The notes beneath the pieces were generated by a model, which ran no database searches, was not told the DNA's origin, and saw only the letters and a program-made list of their open reading frames with translations. This document shows positions 11,207-22,678 of a DNA stretch of 37,040 nucleotides, piece after piece. Source of the DNA: Octopus bimaculoides (Eukaryota); NCBI RefSeq assembly GCF_001194135.2, contig NC_068981.1, positions 88,267,490 to 88,304,529 of the forward strand, read 5' to 3'. Positions within the stretch are counted from its first letter, which is position 1, and each line of letters begins with the position of its first letter. The translations under genes were made by a program, and so were the position numbers.

Positions 11207-11988
11207 GGCCTACTATTGAGCTCTATAAAATCTTTGTCTATTCTACTGTTACAGTTGAAGGCCTTGTTCTTAAGAACTACTAACCCCCTCTTGAAATGAT
11301 ATGTTGCACTTGTGTTCATCCTTCTTGCTTCCCATATTCATTCTCCCTCCCCTCCCCCCTCTCTCGCTCTCACACACACACATACACATGCATATGCAGA
11401 AATCTTCTCCAAACAGTATATTGCAACCCTCATTTCAAACTTCTCTATCTCTTTTATTTCTGATCTGAAAGTTCCCCCATGAATTATGAGCAATACCTTG
11501 GTAAGAAGTGGTGTTTCACCATTAGAATTGAGTTTCGTGTTTTTTTTTTTTTGTTAAACAATCCAAGCATTGTTCAAGAAATATTGCTGTAGATTTTGCA
11601 AATGAATGCTCATTATTAGTTACTTCTTATCAACAACACTAAGTGGAAATGATTCGTTAAGCAGAACTAAGGTGTGGCAATCAAAGTGAGAATGTTATAT
11701 GAAGTTGCAAATGCCATCAAGTATATATATATATATATATATTTAGATTTGCCTAGAAAAGTCATGTGTTGCTCTAATTTCCCAATCAGAATGGAATCTC
11801 TTACATTGTTATTAGTTCTACTATAAAGTTACCTCTGACATATTCTCTCTCCCCATCTCTCATTTAAGAGAAGTCACCTTATATTCTGTTCAAGTTTTGA
11901 GAGAGAAAGGCTCGAACACAAATGTCCATATGTATAAAGTGTTCTTTCCTTCTCATAAGCATAGAAAAGCATAAATTCAGAATGTATA

Positions 11989-12109
11989 TATTCTTTTATT
12001 CATTTCAGTCATTTGACTGAAGCCATGCTGGACCACTGCCTTTAATCAAACACATCGACCCCAGGATTTATTCTTTTTCAGCGTAGTCGGTCTCTTTTGC
12101 TGAACTGCC
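11989..12109 (-). mobile_element. SINE-like family B
   Basis: Reverse complement of 20278-20437 (cagtcatttgactg...ccatgctgga...ggtctcttttgc). Confidence 0.8.
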
Positions 12110-12172
12110 ATCAGTTGTCAGGTGACACACAAACATATACACATACACACACACACACACATACACACACAT

Positions 12173-12328
12173 GACGGGCTTCTTTCAGTTTCCATCTACC
12201 AAATCCACTCACTAGGCTTTGGTTGGCCCGAGGCTATAGTAGAAGACACTTGCCCAAGGTGCCACACAGTGGGACGGAACCCAGAACCATGTGGTTGGTA
12301 AGCAAGCTACTTACCACACACCCACTCC
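12173..12328 (-). mobile_element. SINE family C, near full length
   Basis: gacgggcttctttcagtttcc...cccaaggtgccac...ggaacccagaaccatgtggttggtaagcaagctacttaccacac. Confidence 0.9.
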
Positions 12329-13857
12329 TTTTTAATGTAAAGTTTGAAATAAATTGATGGTGAAACTTANNNNNNNNNNNNNNNNNNNNNNNNNNNNNNN
12401 NNNNNNNNNNNNNNNNNNNNNNNNNNNNNNNNNNNNNNNNNNNNNNNNNNNNNNNNNNNNNNNNNNNNNNNNNNNNNNNNNNNNNNNNNNNNNNNNNNNN
12501 NNNNNNNNNNNNNNNNNNNNNNNNNNNNNNNNNNNNNNNNNNNNNNNNNNNNNNNNNNNNNNNNNNNNNNNNNNNNNNNNNNNNNNNNNNNNNNNNNNNN
12601 NNNNNNNNNNNNNNNNNNNNNNNNNNNNNNNNNNNNNNNNNNNNNNNNNNNNNNNNNNNNNNNNNNNNNNNNNNNNNNNNNNNNNNNNNNNNNNNNNNNN
12701 NNNNNNNNNNNNNNNNNNNNNNNNNNNNNNNNNNNNNNNNNNNNNNNNNNNNNNNNNNNNNNNNNNNNNNNNNNNNNNNNNNNNNNNNNNNNNNNNNNNN
12801 NNNNNNNNNNNNNNNNNNNNNNNNNNNNNNNNNNNNNNNNNNNNNNNNNNNNNNNNNNNNNNNNNNNNNNNNNNNNNNNNNNNNNNNNNNNNNNNNNNNN
12901 NNNNNNNNNNNNNNNNNNNNNNNNNNNNNNNNCTAAGCATTTTGCTAGTGATTCTGCCTGCAAAGACTTCTATCTGATACTGTATTAATTTTGTCACTCC
13001 ACTGCCCATTTTCTCACTTGAATTGTTTATATATTGTGTTGCAGTTTGCATAATTTTCATGAAACAAAGAAATATGGAGAGAAAGGAGATAGTGAATGAT
13101 TGGTGTCAGAATAATGTGGCTTCTTTTAAAAGTATGGATTTTGTTGTTTTAGATGTTTTGGATGAACAGAATTTCTAACAAAACTAATTGTCTTGAAAGT
13201 AAAATCTGTAACCCAAAGTTAATTCTTAGAAAACAAAGTAGTTTAGCAGAAAACAAAACAAATAAACAGACAAAAAAAAAAACAAGACCATACTAACAAA
13301 AAATAAATAAAAGAACTGTTACTGTCTGCTGAAAAGAAATGACAAAAAAAGAAAGAAGACTGAAGAATGTCCTGAAATTTTGTAACAGCTGCAATATTAT
13401 TAGATTTATTAATTCACAATATAAACAGAAATAAAAGCGGAAACCATTCCTTAAATGTAATACACAAGGAAGAGACAAAGATGGTAAAGTTTGAACCAAT
13501 TCTGTTGATTATAAAATTGGTGGTAGCTGTGGTGAGAGTAGTGCCAATGAGTAAAAATGGTGGTGGTGGTGGTAGGCGGATAGTAGCAATAGCTGCAAAC
13601 CCGGTAGAGGTATTGGTGGTAGGAATGAGGTTCAATAAGGTAATAGTTCTGGTGATGGCATAGGGTGGTAGAGGGATATCAGTAACAAGGTGAAGGGCTT
13701 TTTTAATCATTACAGTTGGTTGCCGGTGGAGTTCTGTATTGTTTACATGTACTAAGTTAATCATAGAGTTTCATAAAATGTTGATTACAAAAGAATGAAA
13801 TAATTACATAACAAACACACAACATGACTAAAATATGAATTAATTCCATATGTCAAA

Positions 13858-14052
13858 ATATTGGTTTCAAATTTTGGCAATTTTGAGGAAGAGGCTAAGT
13901 CGGGTACATAGATTCCAGTGCTCAACTTGTACTATTATATTGGCTCTGAAAGGATGAAAGGCAAGGTTGACTTTAGCGGAATTGGAACTCAGAATGTAAA
14001 GATGGAAGAAATCTCACTCGACATTTTGCCCTGCATGCTAATGGCTCTGCTG
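13858..14052 (-). mobile_element. SINE family A2
   Basis: aatattggtttcaaattttggc...gaaaggatgaaaggcaaggttgact...gaactcagaatg. Confidence 0.8.
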
Positions 14053-15188
14053 GCTCATTTTCATATATATATATATATATATANNNNNNNNNNNNNNNNN
14101 NNNNNNNNNNNNNNNNNNNNNNNNNNNNNNNNNNNNNNNNNNNNNNNNNNNNNNNNNNNNNNNNNNNNNNNNNNNNNNNNNNNNNNNNNNNNNNNNNNNN
14201 NNNNNNNNNNNNNNNNNNNNNNNNNNNNNNNNNNNNNNNNNNNNNNNNNNNNNNNNNNNNNNNNNNNNNNNNNNNNNNNNNNNNNNNNNNNNNNNNNNNN
14301 NNNNNNNNNNNNNNNNNNNNNNNNNNNNNNNNNNNNNNNNNNNNNNNNNNNNNNNNNNNNNNNNNNNNNNNNNNNNNNNNNNNNNNNNNNNNNNNNNNNN
14401 NNNNNNNNNNNNNNNNNNNNNNNNNNNNNNNNNNNNNNNNNNNNNNNNNNNNNNNNNNNNNNNNNNNNNNNNNNNNNNNNNNNNNNNNNNNNNNNNNNNN
14501 NNNNNNNNNNNNNNNNNNNNNNNNNNNNNNNNNNNNNNNNNNNNNNNNNNNNNNNNNNNNNNNNNNNNNNNNNNNNNNNNNNNNNNNNNNNNNNNNNNNN
14601 NNNNNNNNNNNNNNNNNNNNNNNNNNNNNNNNNNNNNNNNNNNNNNNNNNNNNNNNNNNNNNNNNNNNNNNNNNNNNNNNNNNNNNNNNNNNNNNNNNNN
14701 NNNNNNNNNNNNNNNNNNNNNNNNNNNNNNNNNNNNNNNNNNNNNNNNNNNNNNNNNNNNNNNNNNNNNNNNNNNNNNNNNNNNNNNNNNNNNNNNNNNN
14801 NNNNNNNNNNNNNNNNNNNNNNNNNNNNNNNNNNNNNNNNNNNNNNNNNNNNNNNNNNNNNNNNNNNNNNNNNNNNNNNNNNNNNNNNNNNNNNNNNNNN
14901 NNNNNNNNNNNNNNNNNNNNNNNNNNNNNNNNNNNNNNNNNNNNNNNNNNNNNNNNNNNNNNNNNNNNNNNNNNNNNNNNNNNNNNNNNNNNNNNNNNNN
15001 NNNNNNNNNNNNNNNNNNNNNNNNNNNNNNNNNNNNNNATATTTATATAAAGTTGTCACTAGTTGTGACTGTACGTGCTACAAGCAGAAATATTGCTGCT
15101 AGAAATAAGAGTTAAACCACTTATGACTGCATAATAGCACCACATTAATTTTTCTACTACACACACACATATATATATAGATTGAAAA

Positions 15189-15296
15189 CTGTATGGTTAA
15201 GAAGTTTGATATCTTAGGCAAGTGTCTGGTACTATAGATCTGGACCACTCAAAGGCTTGTGAGTGGATTTTGTAAACAGAAACTCAAAGAAGCCTG

Positions 15297-15300
<4 letters not shown>
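15189..15300 (+). mobile_element. SINE family C, internally deleted; (TG)n(TAGA)n tail
   Basis: ggcaagtgtct...aaggcttgtgagtggatttt...gaagcctgttgt. Confidence 0.75.
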
Positions 15301-15335
<35 letters not shown>

Positions 15336-15527
15336 ATAGATAGATAGATAGATTGATTGATTGATGGATTGATTGATTGAATAAATGAATACCAGGCTTT
15401 ACTGCAGTTGATTTTTTCCTTCAGTAAACCTTTCAAGTTTTAGTGAAAAAAATCAGTCCAAGTTGTTGCCCAATGACTAAAACAAATAAAGGATAAAGGA
15501 TTCGGTCTGTTTCTTTATTGTTGAGAT

Positions 15528-15790
15528 CCCCTTCGGTCAAGACTGACCACGGGATTGCACCTAAAAAGTTAGCCTTCCAGGCACAAGTCCGAGCAAGGTT
15601 GTTTATGGAAGACCAGCAGTCGCCCATGCATACCGGCCTCCACTCTCCATGCCACCAGTGCTATCCAAGGGAAAGACAAAGGCTGATACAGCTTGGCACC
15701 TGTGACATCACAACTCATTTCTACAGCTGAGTGAACTGGAGCAGCGTGAAATAAAGTGTCTTGCTCAAGAACACAACATGCAGCCCAGTC
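15528..15790 (-). mobile_element. SINE family D
   Basis: Reverse complement of 5374-5697 (cagctgagtgaactggagcagcgtgaaataaagtgtcttgctcaaga). Confidence 0.85.
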
Positions 15791-16301
15791 AATTGCTTAA
15801 TATGAGTGGAATGTTCTTTTGACTCAAAGTCTCCAGGAATCAAAAAAGAGGGCTTCTTATGAACCAGGCATCTCCCACAGATCCCTTAGTTGACTTTTGA
15901 ATCACTTTGGTTTTAAAACAGAAATAGAAAAATGAAAAGAGCATGCCATTCGTATTAAGCAACTGTATACCTACTTTTTCCCACCTCTGTATGTTGATCA
16001 ATCTTATTTATCAAAGAATTTAATATGGTAATAGACTCAATCTTCTTTACTTTGAGATAAAGGAAATGAAACATTTCTAAGTTCTGTTAATATGAAGGAA
16101 CTGAAAAATATATATCTAAAGAGAATTCTGAATCTACTACTTTTGTGGTGTTTGTTGTTACTTCTCTTAATTTTTGTTTCTTGTATTGTATTTCTTATGC
16201 AGTGAAGTAACACTGTTTTTTATCTGAGATTCTCCAAATTCATTTCTCTTCTAACAATCCTTTAGGAGTTGAATTGCTATTATAAAAATACACTACTGAA
16301 G

Positions 16302-16529
16302 TTAACTCTTTTGATTCCAGCTCACCTGAGACCACCCCAGCTTCTATGAGATAAATTTACTGTTTTAAAATCATCTAAATTATAATCTTCCCTTAAAATT
16401 TTATGCTAATTTGTTCCAGACACCAGCTTAATAATGAGAAAGTTATTTTACTAAATCCTTCATTATTTAAAAAAATTAACTGAAACAAAAGCAGCATATG
16501 TTGACAAAATATGGTAACAAACGGGTTAA
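16302..16529. mobile_element. piggyBac-like MITE family 2, copy 1
   Basis: TTAA-ctcttttgattcc ... ggtaacaaacggg-TTAA; full-length reverse homolog at 28970-29201. Confidence 0.8.
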
Positions 16530-16539
16530 TGTTATTGCT

Positions 16540-16715
16540 TAGCCCCAGGTCAGCTCTGATTTAGAAAGCCTATGATCAAAGTTATCCTTGCCATGACCCC
16601 ATATCTTTTTTGCTACATACAGGGAATCCAGAAGCATATTATTCAATTTGTCCTTCTCTAAGATTATAGGGCATGATTTTTTTAGGGAAGGTTTTATGTT
16701 TCTAGTTGAATGTTA
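16540..16715 (-). mobile_element. Family G copy, opposite orientation to 7140-7330
   Basis: cctatgatcaaagttatcc and gggcatgatt...gtttctag match the reverse complement of 7140-7330. Confidence 0.5.
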
Positions 16716-16991
16716 GCATCAACCCCAAAGGCTCTGTAAGAGGCTTTGGGGTTCATTCTGCCTCATAGGTAGAAGTTCCTAAATGAAAGGTCATTCTCTT
16801 CCAAATTTGACAGAGAAATTTTCAATCAATGTCAACTCAGTTTGGGATTAGATTTCTCTATCTTCTTTATGCATATTTTTTTTTTACCACCCCTTCTTTA
16901 CTATTCTACCAGTTTGACCAAGATTGACAGATGCCCTCATCCAAGCAAGAAAAAAAACAAACAAACAACAAAGAAAACAATACAACAAACA

Positions 16992-17290
16992 ATGACCTTT
17001 TCTTAATAACATTCAAAATCAGTCAGGTTGAAAGCTATATTTATGGCATCTGAAATTCTATCTGTATGCACTTGTTCCAATTCACAAAGGAAAATATCCT
17101 ATTTACCGGATGACCATCTTCCACAAATTTGATGTAAACAGCATCATTTTCCGACACAGAACAATCACTTAACCCCCATCAATCATAACTTAAATGAAAC
17201 TGACTTCCTCCAGCTCATAGGACTTTTCTCCTTTCACCTTATCCACAGTATATAATTGCTTCAGAACACTATGCATCATTATAAGTCTTG
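16992..17290 (-). pseudogene. hAT-superfamily transposase relic (ZNF862-like, region of the first catalytic Asp)
   Basis: Minus-strand translation across 2 frameshifts: FI*VMIDG-SDCSVSENDAVYIKFVEDGHPVNRIFSFV-LEQVHTDRISDAINIAFNLTDFECY*EKVI. Resembles the recalled hAT pattern FSxxxDGSTDSSVxExExVYVRYV..G.P...FLSL.ELE..ADGI..AI..AF. Confidence 0.65.
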
Positions 17291-18111
17291 CTTTATGGAA
17301 ATTATTTCTAATTTTTGCTTTCATTTATTCATTCTTTTCTTTTTCTTTTTTTATTCAGTAATACAAGAACGAGTTAAAATTTTGTAAATGGCACTTTTCT
17401 TCCTTTGCAACTCTAGACATGATAAATTTCATATCAAGTCAATATGAGTTTTGTAAAATTGGTTGTTGCTTCCTCTAAATAACTAGAAATAACAGCACTG
17501 GATTAAATTTACTGTTAACATGACATGAATGATTGAAAGTGAAACTTGGGACTGAAACAAGATTCAAATTTGAAACAAGTTTCAATTTTGAATCATGTCA
17601 AACTTAATTTGACCTTCAACTCTCTTTTCTCAATGAGTTATTTTCTTCTTTTCATCTCTCTGTCTCTTCCTTTGTCCTTCCTTCTCTCTCTCTGTTTCTA
17701 TATTGTAGACAAGGCATATAATAAATTATCATAAAATAGTAATGATCAACTTTTGTTTGAACATATCCTCGCCAATAAACACATATTGTTCAATGCGAGA
17801 GCTTCAACATGATTGCTTGAATTACAACTGAATTTCCTTCAAGTTGTCCCATAACTTTTGAAAGAAAGAAGGGCACAGTATAATATGGTCCTGAAGACAC
17901 TCTACTTTAAAAAAACCAAAAAAAATCAGCATGTTCAAAGTTTAAATGTCTGTTAAGTTAGAATGGACTTGAGTTCAACAACAACAGCAATATATTTTTC
18001 ATTACTGCATTGTGCTTGTCTCAGTGTTTTATATTATTTACACTAGATGGTTTCTCTGATATGTTACAGCAACAACTATTATTATTATTATTATTATTTA
18101 TTATTATTTTT

Positions 18112-18314
18112 ATCAGGTTTTGTTGGAACTCCTGGAGTCTTGCATATATAGCGGGCATACTGCCTGCAACCTATGGTACCATGTTATCTGTTCTTTTCAA
18201 CTATCAAATACTTTCCTGATTATTCTGGCCGTGCCAAGGAGGCAAACCTTTTGTAAACAGTTCTACTGGGTGCTCTATTCCAATTTCTTTTATATTACTC
18301 TTGATGCCTTCTGG
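18112..18314 (-). mobile_element. R4/Dong-type LINE 3' end, subfamily iii
   Basis: PEGIKSNIKEIGIEHPVEL/LQKVCLLGTARIIRKVFDS* (1 frameshift, stop 18197-18199), short 3'UTR, (TAA)n tail. Confidence 0.75.
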
Positions 18315-18338
18315 TCATCATCATCATCATCATCATCA

Positions 18339-18738
18339 TTTGGTAGTTTCAGGCAAATTTCTACTGCATCACCTGCTACACTTCCTTGTTGCTGGGGGTG
18401 TGTGCAACATTGTGTGTTCTTTTTTGTTGTTGGGCGTGTGCTAACTCTTCCCAGTGTTGTACTGCATCAGTTTCTTTTTTTTTTTTAATGGAGTGTGAGC
18501 AGTCTTTTGTTGTATTAGTGTTTGTCTTGTGTGATGTGTGTGTAATTCATTGGATATACAGCCTGCTTGAGGTAGTTTATTTCATTGGATATTTGTTTTC
18601 TAGAATGTCTTGTGTTTGTAGATTGTTTTGTTTAGGTTGTATTATTGAATTGATAGTGTCTTGCATAGGATGTGGGCTGTTCCTAGCAGGGTTATTTTTT
18701 GGATAGTGAGTAATCTTGAGGATCCAGGTATAGCTTCT
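18339..18738 (-). mobile_element. R4/Dong-type LINE 3' end, subfamily ii (long 3'UTR)
   Basis: IEAIPGSSRLLTIQKITLLGTAHILCKTLSIQ* (stop 18642-18644); 5' junction in (TAA)n, 3' end in (TGA)n. Confidence 0.75.
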
Positions 18739-18826
18739 ATATTATTATTATTATTATTATTATTAGTAGTAGTAGTAGTAGTACTACTAGTAGTAGTAGT
18801 AGTAAGAGTAGTAGTAATAATAATAA
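18739..18826. repeat. (TAT)n-(TAG)n-(TAA)n microsatellite
   Basis: Direct reading. Confidence 0.95.
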
Positions 18827-19692
18827 TGTTTTATATGTTTTTTCTCAGGTGGTAGTGACAGATTAGTAGATATGGAGCTAATTGCTGTAAGATACTACAT
18901 ATATGAATGCCACCTGTGATTTTTCGCTATTTCTTTTGTTTATCTTTGTTAGCTTGAAATGTTTGTAAATGTGAAGGTAGGTCTGAAGAAGTTCTTGAGA
19001 TGCTTGCTAAAATTATAAGTGAATTCAGGCGAATGTAAGAAGTGAGTTGTAATCTCACTATTTGGGGACAATGACATGAATAATGTGATTGACCTTGAAT
19101 AATGTGATTGATCTTTTCTGGAATGCTTGAAAAAGTAACTAGTAAGTTGTATTATTCTCTGGACAATACAGTAAATGGTTTAGGTAAGTTGATATAGGTA
19201 TGTCTGCTTATGCAATGAAATACTAAAAGAATAGATTTTTTTCTTTTAATGTGCATATATTTAGGGAAAAAAGCTTTGGTTCGTGAAGGTTCTCATGTAG
19301 ATAATATTAATTTGTATGTATTATGTGTATGCATGTATGTGTCTGTATGTGTTTGAGAGTATGTATGCATCTGGGTATGTGTGAAGTCAAATTTTGGGAG
19401 ACATATATTTTGTTGCAGACAGAATATGCATAAGACAAGATAAAATAGGCGTTTTTATTTGATTATAGGCAAGAATGATGATGAAAGCATTGTGTTTGGC
19501 TCTCATCACTATCCTTTGCTTATTTTTCTGTAACAATAACAAACTATAAGATCAGATTTTTATCTGATTATATCAAAAACATTACATTGTAAAATTATAG
19601 TTCACAATGAAGGCTTCTTGTTACATAAGAATATGTATTTTTAGCCTTTGTTCTTTAGTTTGCTTTAGACATCACTACAATTAATTAAGAAA

Positions 19693-19747
<55 letters not shown>

Positions 19748-19765
19748 GATAATGTTTCAAATTTT

Positions 19766-19877
19766 GGCCTTGTCGCTTTCTGTATGATGCTGAATCTCCC
19801 TGAGAACTACATCAAGGGTAGGCATGTCTGTCGAGTGCTCAGCCACTTGCACATTAATTTCACAAGCAGGCTGTTCT
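19766..19877 (+). mobile_element. Family D2 body fragment
   Basis: gctgaatctccctgagaactac...gagtgctcagccacttgcacattaatttcac matches 22810-22920. Confidence 0.8.
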
Positions 19878-19890
19878 ATTACATATATAC

Positions 19891-20104
19891 GACGGGCTTC
19901 TTTCAGTTTCCGTCTACCAAATCCACTCACAAGGCTTTGGTCGGCCCGAGGCTATAGCAGAAGACACTTGCCCAAGGTGCCACGCAGTNNNNNNNNNNCG
20001 AGGCTATAGCAGAAGACACTTGCCCAAGGTGCCACGCAGTGGGACTGTACCCGGAACCATGTGGTTGGTAAGCAAGCTACTTACCACACAGCCACTCCTG
20101 CGCC
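19891..20104 (-). mobile_element. Young SINE family C copy, CpG-intact (contains a 42-nt assembly overlap)
   Basis: Sense ggcgcaggagtggctgtgtgg (A-box-like)...ccgggtacagtccc (B-box-like)...gtggcaccttgggcaagtgtctt (resembles the CORE/MIR motif gaccttgggcaagtcactt). Confidence 0.9.
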
Positions 20105-20277
20105 TAAGTACATTAATGAAAGTACATAAGTACATTAATAAAAGAAAACTGGGTAAAACCTTAGTGCGATGTTAATATTTGCAACTTATTGACTTTAGGT
20201 CACTAAGTAACAAATATTAACATCACACTTAGGTGTGTCTATGTTTGCCTCCCCCCCCCCCCNNNNNNNNNNATATT

Positions 20278-20437
20278 GGTGTGGTTACATCCCTGTAACT
20301 GAGCGGTTTGGCAAAAGAGACCACTAGAATAAGTACTAGGCTTACAAAGAATAAATCCTGGGGTTGATTTGTTCAACTAAAGGCAGTGCTCCAGCATGGC
20401 TGCAGTCAAATGAAACAAATAAAAGAATAAAAGAATA
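20278..20437 (+). mobile_element. SINE-like family B with repeated (AAAGAATA) tail
   Basis: Homologous to 11989-12109 and 26361-26545 (minus); stubs near 5775 and 8665. Confidence 0.8.
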
Positions 20438-20478
20438 TACATATATGTGTGTATATATATGTATGTATACATATATAT

Positions 20479-20625
20479 GATGGGCTTCTTTCAGTTTCCA
20501 TCTACTAGATACACTTACAAAGCTTTGGTTGGCTCAAAGCTATAGTAGAAGATACCTGCCCAAGGTGCCCCATAGTGTGACTGAACCCGGAACCATCTGG
20601 CTGGGAAGAATGCTTCTTATCACAG
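20479..20625 (-). mobile_element. SINE family C
   Basis: gatgggcttctttcagtttcc...cccaaggtgccc...ctgaacccggaaccat. Confidence 0.85.
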
Positions 20626-21114
20626 GGCTGTAGGGAGAGAACTGAGAGCTGTGAATAGTCTGAAAGCTGGCGATTGAGTGAATAGTAAATAAAACAAGGC
20701 ACCCAGTGACCAAGTGGGTAAACTATGATATTAATCCTATAAAATGGTGTAATTTGATGTAAAACTAACAAATAAATTGAAATACTTTGGGCAGTGTTGG
20801 CTCCATTAATCCTCTGGTGATTGTTTTCATTACAGGAGGAAGTCATGATCATTTCTCGCTTGTCTTAGTGTCTCACTCTTCCTCTTTGCTAGCCTCTACA
20901 GATCATGTTAATATGGTTGTCTCCAGGTGTTTCAGTCTGGCAAGTGCTGCTGGTGTCTTCTAAGTTCTTGGGAATGGGGTTGAATATTTTACATTGATTG
21001 CTTTCAGCTGGTGCTGATAACATTATACATTCAAGCATAAACACATAGGACACGAAGATGGACAAACACACATATACAAACATACATTGACACATCACAT
21101 AATAGACAGATATA

Positions 21115-21164
<50 letters not shown>

Positions 21165-21208
21165 TGTATCTGTCTATTATGTGATGTGTCAATGCATGTT
21201 TGTATATA

Positions 21209-21554
21209 GGTAAACTATAATTGTCACTAAATGCAACTAAGAGTGTTAGAACATCTACATTGCTAGAAATAAGACCTAAAATGATTTAATGCTGTAGTTA
21301 AAGCACATAATTGTATACATATATGCTGAGAGGGACTATAATCACCCAAAACACTGTTCAAGACTTCCTTATACTGACCGATCAGTTTCACCTGTTTCTG
21401 TAGCATCATCTCAAAGGACCACTCACTTGGCTGATTCCAGGCTTAATTAACTATCAGCACATATAGATTCACCATAAAAATTAATGGACAATTTAGCAAA
21501 TCATTAATGTGTTCTAACACCCTTAGTCACATTTAGTAACAATTATAGTTTTCC
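21209..21554. mobile_element. MITE with about 45-bp imperfect TIRs
   Basis: Left ggtaaactataattgtcactaaatgcaactaagagtgttagaaca vs reverse of right end ggaaaactataattgttactaaatgtgactaagggtgttagaaca (5 mismatches). Confidence 0.75.
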
Positions 21555-21580
21555 TTTATGGTAACACATTGTGCATGACA

Positions 21581-21618
<38 letters not shown>

Positions 21619-22411
21619 AATAAAACATAAAAAACAGACAGTGTTGGAACTCTTTTAAACTAAATAATATATTCCTCTATACANNNNNNNNNNNNNNNNN
21701 NNNNNNNNNNNNNNNNNNNNNNNNNNNNNNNNNNNNNNNNNNNNNNNNNNNNNNNNNNNNNNNNNNNNNNNNNNNNNNNNNNNNNNNNNNNNNNNNNNNN
21801 NNNNNNNNNNNNNNNNNNNNNNNNNNNNNNNNNNNNNNNNNNNNNNNNNNNNNNNNNNNNNNNNNNNNNNNNNNNNNNNNNNNNNNNNNNNNNNNNNNNN
21901 NNNNNNNNNNNNNNNNNNNNNNNNNNNNNNNNNNNNNNNNNNNNNNNNNNNNNNNNNNNNNNNNNNNNNNNNNNNNNNNNNNNNNNNNNNNNNNNNNNNN
22001 NNNNNNNNNNNNNNNNNNNNNNNNNNNNNNNNTAACAAATAAATTGAAATACTGGGGGCAGTATATATATATATATATAGATGCACATACACTCACACTC
22101 ACACACACATTCTCACACACACTCTCACACACATTCTCATAAAATGAAGCTTAACAGAGAAACGATGCATCTGGAAAGAAAAGCAGATGACACTTTTAAA
22201 TTCTGACACTCAGTCAGAATTTTCATCAGAGCAATGACTGTAAAAATACGTATAGAAAATTCAGAACAAAGATAAATTTGGGTAATGAGCATTCAATTGT
22301 TCAACCAACTGAATTACTTGCTTGTGAAAAATCAACTTTTGAGTGGTTGAGTATTCCATAGACATGCTTACCTCCAACATAATTCTCAAGCTGAATCAGA
22401 TAGATTCCATC

Positions 22412-22541
22412 AGATAGGCTTCCATACAGTTTTCATTTACTCAAGGCTTTGGAAAATACACTTGCTCAAGATGCTGCACAGCAGGACTGAATCCAGGATC
22501 TCATGATTGCAAAGTTAACTTCAACTCTTTAGCCATACCTG
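22412..22541 (-). mobile_element. Old SINE family C-related copy
   Basis: ggcttccatacagttttc...cacttgctcaagatgctgcacagcaggactgaatcc. Confidence 0.6.
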
Positions 22542-22678
22542 CATCATTTAAGGAAAGTTATATAGCCAAACATGAGAGATTGGGGTCCATGATTCTACAG
22601 GAAATGGACTTGCAAGAAATTCAGTCTGAAGTTTGGGGTTTGATGATTTATGACAATCTTTCAGAAGAGGAAATTTGA

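Noticed and set aside
19474-19567. C/D snoRNA-like ATGATGA...CTGA
   Set aside because: No convincing terminal stem, D'/C' boxes or rRNA-complementary guide.
19947-20040. Apparent 42-nt tandem duplication inside SINE C
   Set aside because: Identical sequence either side of a 10-N gap is an unmerged contig overlap.
20766-22062. Shared ~30-mer taacaaataaattgaaatact..gggcagt at 20766 and 22033
   Set aside because: Too short and gap-adjacent to interpret; probably a dispersed repeat end.
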